Shown here: positions 34,282 to 39,553 of the stretch, in pieces
Position numbering within the stretch: position 1 is the stretch's first letter
How the letters are laid out: each line of letters starts with the position of its first letter
Position numbers and translations under genes: made by a program
The notes under the pieces: generated by a model
The model's input: the letters and a program-made list of their open reading frames with translations, nothing else
What the model was told of the DNA's origin: nothing
The model's database searches: none
Origin: a virus
Lineage: Duplodnaviria > Caudoviricetes
DNA: 39,553 nt
Reading direction: 5' to 3' (one strand)
Virus record (IMG/VR): IMGVR_UViG_3300048578_000200
Span: 1 to 39,553 of that record

Positions 34282-34722
34282 ATGGCCATGCAATCGAATC
34301 TCGTGAGCTTTGCTCGCACCCATTTCTCCAAATCGCTCGCGACCCTTTACGATTTCATCGAGAAGGCGCCGAACCTGTTCAATATTGCGCGCAAGGTCAC
34401 CCTCGACCACGCCGGCCCGAATACGCTGCCCACGGACGCCTATCAGGTGCTCTTGGCCACGTCGCAGGGCGGCGCCGGAGATCCGGTCGCACTGCCCGAC
34501 CCGGCGACAATCGGCGTCATCGGCCAGCGGCATCTGATCAAGCTCGGAACCGTTTCCAAGACAGGTGATACCGCCGTCGTGAGCAAGGCCAACCTGAGCT
34601 ACGGCAGCGCCAACATCGCCGCTGTATCGCTGACCGCCGCCGGCAAATGGCTGCTGGTCGAGCACCGCGGCACGACCTGGGAAGTGATCGCCGCCGCGGC
34701 CGGAGTCGTGACGACCGCGTGA
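34282..34722 (+). CDS. Putative virion protein (head decoration-like)
   Basis: Position in the head module; small-residue-rich composition. Confidence 0.55.
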   Translation: MAMQSNLVSFARTHFSKSLATLYDFIEKAPNLFNIARKVTLDHAGPNTLPTDAYQVLLATSQGGAGDPVALPDPATIGVIGQRHLIKLGTVSKTGDTAVVSKANLSYGSANIAAVSLTAAGKWLLVEHRGTTWEVIAAAAGVVTTA

Positions 34723-34899
34723 TGCGCGGCCCGGTCATGATTGCCACACGACATGTGCGCCCACGAGCCGGGTGCGTCGTCCCAGTCACTCGCCTTCGCC
34801 GCCTTCGCCGTGGAGACGAGGATGACGACGACAAGATCGACGACGATCCCTTCATGACCGTCGGCGGCGGATCAGAGAAGGAAGAGGGAGGCAAATGAC

Positions 34900-35331
34900 A
34901 TGGCGTTGCCGGACTCCTATGCCTCCATCGACGACGTCAAGGCACGTTACGAGGCCGACGTCATCAACCGGATTTGTTGGGACGAAGGCACCCAGAGCGC
35001 CGATCTCAACAAGTTGGCGCGCGCGCTAATCGATTCAGGGTCCGAGATCGACTCGTACTTGTCGGCCCGGTATGCGGTGCCGATTTCGCCGGCGCCGGCC
35101 ATTCTGCGCAACATGAACGTCGACCTGGGGCTCTACGCGACCGCACTGACCAGCGACAAGATGTTCGAGGAACTGGCGCGCCGCGCCGAAAACTGGCGCA
35201 AGCACCTGGTGCTGATCGCCAAAGGTCAGGCCGGGCTGGGCGTTCGCGAGGACGCGAGCGACAACGACACCGAGCCCGCCGAAGGCTCGAGTTCATCCTG
35301 CGGGTACCTCGTCAGCGCGGATCGCGTGTGA
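34900..35331 (+). CDS. Head-tail adaptor, Mu gp36/DUF1320-like
   Basis: YASIDDVKARY...SEIDSYLSARYAVP...LIAKGQAGLG. Confidence 0.88.
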   Translation: MALPDSYASIDDVKARYEADVINRICWDEGTQSADLNKLARALIDSGSEIDSYLSARYAVPISPAPAILRNMNVDLGLYATALTSDKMFEELARRAENWRKHLVLIAKGQAGLGVREDASDNDTEPAEGSSSSCGYLVSADRV

Positions 35332-35334
35332 ACC

Positions 35335-35802
35335 ATGGGTCTCATCAACGTTCGCGTGGTGGGGATGTCACGCGTCGAGCGTATGCTGATCGCGCTCAAC
35401 GCCTTGCAGACGATGGCGCGCTATACCCTGCTGCGCCAGCTCGGCAACCTCATCCAGAAGCAGCACACGCGCCGCATCCTGTCGGAGAAGACAGCGCCGT
35501 CGGGAGCTACTTGGGCGCCGCTCAAGCCGTCGACGGTGCAGCGGAAGGGCAATGCCAACATCCTCGTCGAGTCCGGTAAGATGGCCAGGGCTTGGCAGAT
35601 GATCATTGGCGGCGATTACGTGCGCATGTGGAATACCGCGCGATCGAGCCGGGGCGGCAAGCTCTACCTCTTCTTCCACCAGTACGGTACCAGCAAGATG
35701 GTCGCGCGGCCACCGATGGGCTTTTCCGCGGCTAACGAGCAGGAAATCCACACGGTGGTGAACGCCTGGGTCGCTCGCAGAATCGGGGTGGTGGTCACAT
35801 GA
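35335..35802 (+). CDS. Virion morphogenesis protein (Mu gpG / P2 gpS-like)
   Basis: APSGATWAPLKPST...ILVESG...HQYGT...RPPMGFS. Confidence 0.85.
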   Translation: MGLINVRVVGMSRVERMLIALNALQTMARYTLLRQLGNLIQKQHTRRILSEKTAPSGATWAPLKPSTVQRKGNANILVESGKMARAWQMIIGGDYVRMWNTARSSRGGKLYLFFHQYGTSKMVARPPMGFSAANEQEIHTVVNAWVARRIGVVVT

Positions 35803-36338
35803 GCATCATCCAGTACCGCACCAACATCATCAACAAACTCAAGGCCTCATTCCCGCAACTGCGGGACGTGCTGCCCCATCCCGGCAAGTTCACGCTGGAA
35901 GACTTCGAGCGGCTCTGCCTGCGCGCGCCGGCGGCCTATGTCGCCATCATCGGCGCACCCGGCAAGGAGAAGCTCGGGACCGGCCAAGTGCTCTTCGACG
36001 TCAACGTCGGCGTGTTCATCGCGACCAAGGGGCGGATGCAGGAGAATGCCGACGTCAGCGGCTGGAACGTCGCCGAGACCATCGCAGCGCTGGCGATGTG
36101 GAACTACTTCAACAGTCCCGTCTTTCCCGCCCAGAACGTCGAGATCGATAACCTGTGGACGTCCGAGCTGGACAAGAACCAGGTTTGCATCATGGGCGTG
36201 GCTTGGGACACGCAGGTCATGATCGGGGCGGACCTCTCGGCGCAAGAACAAGCCGTCAAGGCCGGTGATGGCTTCGTTTTCACAGATCCGAACGACGTCA
36301 AGGTCAACGGAACCGTCTTCGGAACGCCCGACGTTTGA
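35799..36338 (+). CDS. Putative tail terminator (Mu gp37-like)
   Basis: Position; HPGKFTLEDF...APAAYVA. Confidence 0.6.
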   Translation: MSIIQYRTNIINKLKASFPQLRDVLPHPGKFTLEDFERLCLRAPAAYVAIIGAPGKEKLGTGQVLFDVNVGVFIATKGRMQENADVSGWNVAETIAALAMWNYFNSPVFPAQNVEIDNLWTSELDKNQVCIMGVAWDTQVMIGADLSAQEQAVKAGDGFVFTDPNDVKVNGTVFGTPDV

Positions 36339-36346
36339 GCAGGTCC

Positions 36347-37339
36347 ATGTTCAACGATGATTACTTGTTCCTCGTCAACAAAGTCGAGGAGATAGAGCGG
36401 CGCTTTCGCCGCATGATCTTCTACGGCGTCGTGACCGATGTCGATCACAGCCGAGGCCTTGTCCGCGTTGACGACGGCATGGGCACGGAAGAGGGCGCCC
36501 TCAACAAGACCGACTGGCTCCCGTGGGCTGAACATGCAGGCAAGATCAAGACGCGCACGATGCCGTCGGTCGGCCAGCAAGTGACGGTGTTGTGTCCGAG
36601 TGGCGTGCCCGAGCAGGGCATTGTGACGATCGGGTGGTTCAACGAGAACAACAAGATGCCGAAGGCCGAATCCGGCGAGTACGTTTTCATCAATGGCACG
36701 CACTACAAGCGGGTCGTAGAGAACGGCCCCGGAACGAGCGCAGGCGGCGACGACGGCTCCGATTCCACCTGCGGCGGTCAAGCGTGCCCGGCTAAATCTG
36801 AAGCGAAGAGCAGCGTTGGGACGGGCATCGAAAGGACGCGGTTCGGAAAGCTCCCGGATGACGAGGGGAGCTGGGGAGACGGTCAGAATCAGGTGAAACC
36901 GCAGGGCGATGACAAAGCTGTCACCGAGCGCGGGGTCAACCAGACGAAGCTTATCCACTACGTGACGGATGGAACAACGAAATCGGTCATTGTCCAGACT
37001 GCGGCCGACGTCACGTCGACGGTCAATGACGGGTCGGTCCGCAAACAGACCGCTTCCGACGTCACCGACAAGGTCGGCGGTAGTGTCGCGACCATCGATT
37101 CCGGAAAGATTCGCGCCACCGCTTCCCGTGTCGAGACCGAAGGCGCGACCTATCTGGTCAATCCGGACGCGACGAAGAAGGTCGTGCTTGAAGGCTTGAA
37201 GGACGCCCTGAAGCTCTACGCGGAGCCGCTCGAGAAGAGCGACGAGAAGGTCGTCGAAATGGACACCGCTATCGAACACGCGCAGGCCACGGCAGATGCC
37301 GCGGCCGCCGCCGCGGGCGGCGACGGTGGTTCGGCGTAA
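36347..37339 (+). CDS. Baseplate spike / assembly protein V
   Basis: GVVTDVDH...TDWLPWAEHAG...PSVGQQVTVLCPSG. Confidence 0.88.
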   Translation: MFNDDYLFLVNKVEEIERRFRRMIFYGVVTDVDHSRGLVRVDDGMGTEEGALNKTDWLPWAEHAGKIKTRTMPSVGQQVTVLCPSGVPEQGIVTIGWFNENNKMPKAESGEYVFINGTHYKRVVENGPGTSAGGDDGSDSTCGGQACPAKSEAKSSVGTGIERTRFGKLPDDEGSWGDGQNQVKPQGDDKAVTERGVNQTKLIHYVTDGTTKSVIVQTAADVTSTVNDGSVRKQTASDVTDKVGGSVATIDSGKIRATASRVETEGATYLVNPDATKKVVLEGLKDALKLYAEPLEKSDEKVVEMDTAIEHAQATADAAAAAAGGDGGSA

Positions 37340-37363
37340 CAACAAGAAGAAACGAGGGCCATC

Positions 37364-37582
37364 ATGGCGAAGAGCAAAGTCGAGTACACCAAGGTCGGTG
37401 ACGGTTTCGTCTACAACACATGGTACGGCGACGGCGCCACGGTGAAGCTCCGGCCGGGCCAGGAGAAGTATCTCGCGCTCTCCGGCGTCATCAAGAAGAA
37501 GGCCGCCGATACGTCCACGCCCGTCGAGACGTCTGTCGTCGCCGATGTCGCGAGCGACACGAAGGTCGACCCCAAGGATTGA
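37364..37582 (+). CDS. Hypothetical protein
   Basis: GAGGG RBS; lies between V and W. Confidence 0.6.
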   Translation: MAKSKVEYTKVGDGFVYNTWYGDGATVKLRPGQEKYLALSGVIKKKAADTSTPVETSVVADVASDTKVDPKD

Positions 37583-37591
37583 GGTTGAGCG

Positions 37592-38023
37592 ATGGCCAGC
37601 GCCGCCACAGTGAGTGGCGAGCGCGTGGGGATCGACCGGAATACGGGAAAGACCCTGACCGGCTGGGCGCATTGCGCACAATGCCTTCTGGTGTTGTTTT
37701 CCACGCTCCTCAACACCCGTCTCATGCTGCTCGACTATGGCAGCGACATTCCGGGCATGATCGACCGCCCCGGAACCAATGCGACTTTCGCGCTCCTCTA
37801 CAACGCCATGACGCAGGCGATCCTGAAATGGGAGCCCGGCTTTCGGGCGACCTATTTCGCGGTCGTTGAGGCGACCGGGGACGGCGCGTTCACGATCGAG
37901 ATAGCGGGCCTGTTCTACCCCCGCGGGCATCTCGGCGACTATTCGATTTCCGAAAACGCAACGATGCGCTTCGTGATGGCGCTGACGTCAAGCGGTGCGA
38001 TCTTCACCGGGACGGCAATTTAG
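37592..38023 (+). CDS. Baseplate protein W / gp25 family
   Basis: GIDRNTGK...TRLMLLDYGS...AILKWEP. Confidence 0.9.
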   Translation: MASAATVSGERVGIDRNTGKTLTGWAHCAQCLLVLFSTLLNTRLMLLDYGSDIPGMIDRPGTNATFALLYNAMTQAILKWEPGFRATYFAVVEATGDGAFTIEIAGLFYPRGHLGDYSISENATMRFVMALTSSGAIFTGTAI

Positions 38024-38035
38024 GGAGGCGAGGGG

Positions 38036-38929
38036 ATGGCTGACGCTCTCGATCTCACCACCTACAAGTTGCCATACCCGGTCATCGTCCGTGAGCTGTC
38101 CTACGACGATCTCTTGGCCGCGCGAAAGAAGCAATTCGCGACGCTCTGGGCAGCCCTACAGGCGTCCAACCCGAACCTGCCGGACATCAGTGCTCTCAAT
38201 CTGGAGGGCGATCCAGGCGCGGTTCTGTTGGAGGATGCGGCCTTCGGTGATCTCCTCTACGTTAGTGACCTCAACGACACTGCTCGTGTCGTGCGGCTGG
38301 TCGACTTCGCCAAAGGGTCAGACCTTGATCTGCACGCTGCCGAGTTTGCCGATCCGGATTTCAAACGCTTTGAGGGCGAAGTTGACGCGGATCTGCGTGC
38401 GCGCATCAAAGCGCGTCGGCGGGGCTCGAGCGCCGCCGGCCCAGACGACTGGTTCGCCTATCACGCGCTTTCCGCTGATCCGGACGTCGCCGAAGTGGCC
38501 GTCTCGGAGCCCGGCGGGGCCGTCGTCCAAGTGGCCGTGCGGAGCAAGAGCGGCACAGGCGTCCCATCCGACGCCGTGCTGGCAAAAGTCACCAGCGTCC
38601 TGACGAGCCGCGCCATGCGGCCGCGCTGCCGGCAAGTGAACGTCGTCCCCTGTGCCCTGCGGACGGTGCCGTTGAGCGCCGCCATCTGGCTCTATCCGGA
38701 CACGCCGATCGAGGTATTTACCGGCCTCCGCGACAGCGTCCCGGGGGAGTTGCTCGCAGCTCGCAAGCTCGGACGCGATGTAACCCGGACATCGCTCTTC
38801 GGCTATCTTGGGCCGCAGGGCGTGCATTCGGTCGATCTGATCTCGCCGGCGAGTGACCTGGTCGTAGACGCGAACGAGCTCGTCTATTTCGATCCGGTTT
38901 CGATTACGCTCGCCGGGAGGAAATGGTGA
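38036..38929 (+). CDS. Baseplate J-like protein
   Basis: FAKGSDLD...EVDADLRARI...SAAGP...ALSADPDV. Confidence 0.92.
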   Translation: MADALDLTTYKLPYPVIVRELSYDDLLAARKKQFATLWAALQASNPNLPDISALNLEGDPGAVLLEDAAFGDLLYVSDLNDTARVVRLVDFAKGSDLDLHAAEFADPDFKRFEGEVDADLRARIKARRRGSSAAGPDDWFAYHALSADPDVAEVAVSEPGGAVVQVAVRSKSGTGVPSDAVLAKVTSVLTSRAMRPRCRQVNVVPCALRTVPLSAAIWLYPDTPIEVFTGLRDSVPGELLAARKLGRDVTRTSLFGYLGPQGVHSVDLISPASDLVVDANELVYFDPVSITLAGRKW

Positions 38930-39553
38930 CCTCCTCGGTTTCGTCTCAGCTCCCGCAGAGTGCGTCGAGCTACGAGTGCACGATGGCGGATGTGCTCGAT
39001 GCCCATAAGCGCATCCAGGACGGACTCGCACTCGTCCCAGGCATCGGGATCTCCCGCATCCCGGATGACTGGGTGCCTTGGCTCATCCTGCACTACGGTC
39101 TGGAGGCGATCTATCCCATCGTCGGCGATGGCCGGAAGACGCTGACAGAGGGCCGTCGCTGGCAACGCGTCCGCGGCACGAACACGGCGACCGAACAGTA
39201 CGTGCTGCATTGGCTCGGTCTCACCGGTCTCGCGATCCCCGACCGCTCCGGCGGCGCCGGCGCCGTCGAAGAGGAACGCTTCGACGACCTTCACTCCGAT
39301 TGGTACCAAATCGGCCTTGCCGCGCCAGTGGCGATTGGTTCCACGCTAGAGCTATTGATCCGCGGCGACCATCTGTCGAAGGACGCCGGCTCGCGGCTCG
39401 GCCGCATCTATGCCGGCTACGATGCCCGGCCGATGCGTCTCGACCAAACGCGCCTCGATGACGCGATCCTCGACGACTGGTCGGGCGTCTTCATCGCACC
39501 GTTCGCGCCGAAACTGTCGTTCGGTTCGTATCAATCCGTTGCTGTCGACTTCG
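38923..39553 (+). CDS. P2 gpI-like tail/baseplate protein (3'-truncated)
   Basis: Open to the window end: QLPQSASSYE...WVPWLILHYGL...WQRVRGT; follows J. Confidence 0.8.
   Translation, partial: MVTSSVSSQLPQSASSYECTMADVLDAHKRIQDGLALVPGIGISRIPDDWVPWLILHYGLEAIYPIVGDGRKTLTEGRRWQRVRGTNTATEQYVLHWLGLTGLAIPDRSGGAGAVEEERFDDLHSDWYQIGLAAPVAIGSTLELLIRGDHLSKDAGSRLGRIYAGYDARPMRLDQTRLDDAILDDWSGVFIAPFAPKLSFGSYQSVAVDF

Noticed and set aside
34722-34898. Small ORF with an acidic tail between head genes
   Set aside because: Start and RBS are ambiguous; possible but not supported.
36104-37930. 608-aa minus-strand ORF and similar long antisense ORFs (2842-4071, 9677-10804, 17477-18628, 27185-28192, 30451-31536)
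   Set aside because: They are shadow frames overlapping well-supported genes in high-GC DNA and have no recognisable motifs.
1-39553. Reverse transcriptase/DGR, invertase shufflon, lysis genes, repressor
   Set aside because: No such motifs were recognised in this window; they may lie outside it.

Overview
About 40 kb of a GC-rich tailed phage or prophage, most likely from an alphaproteobacterial host. No integrase or att site is visible. Gene order: (1) replication and regulation on + (5'-truncated DUF1376-type initiator, putative loader, ssb, DUF6362-like regulator); (2) a ~16 kb leftward early/accessory region with seven sigma70-like promoters, carrying an HtpX-like protease, a DUF3560-methyltransferase, DUF488, ParB, DUF2786, an ArdC-like domain and many small ORFs, plus a rightward methyltransferase/Mom-like + ParB-like pair; (3) a moron-like island with a polyproline ORF, a SLATT-like gene and gene remnants; (4) terS, about 13 small ORFs, terL and portal; (5) an RNA cluster; (6) SPP1-like scaffold and capsid followed by Mu/P2-like neck and baseplate genes. 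Main discoveries: a 14-nt element TCCCTACCACGGAG (15 exact + 7 variant copies) just upstream of non-structural start codons, three copies preceded by a conserved two-state hairpin; and an RNA cluster with a circularly permuted two-piece tmRNA (tag ANDNVGMIEMRLAA), an aberrant tRNA-Gly-like RNA and an atypical initiator tRNA-Met. Family assignments come from motif recognition by eye, not from database searches.
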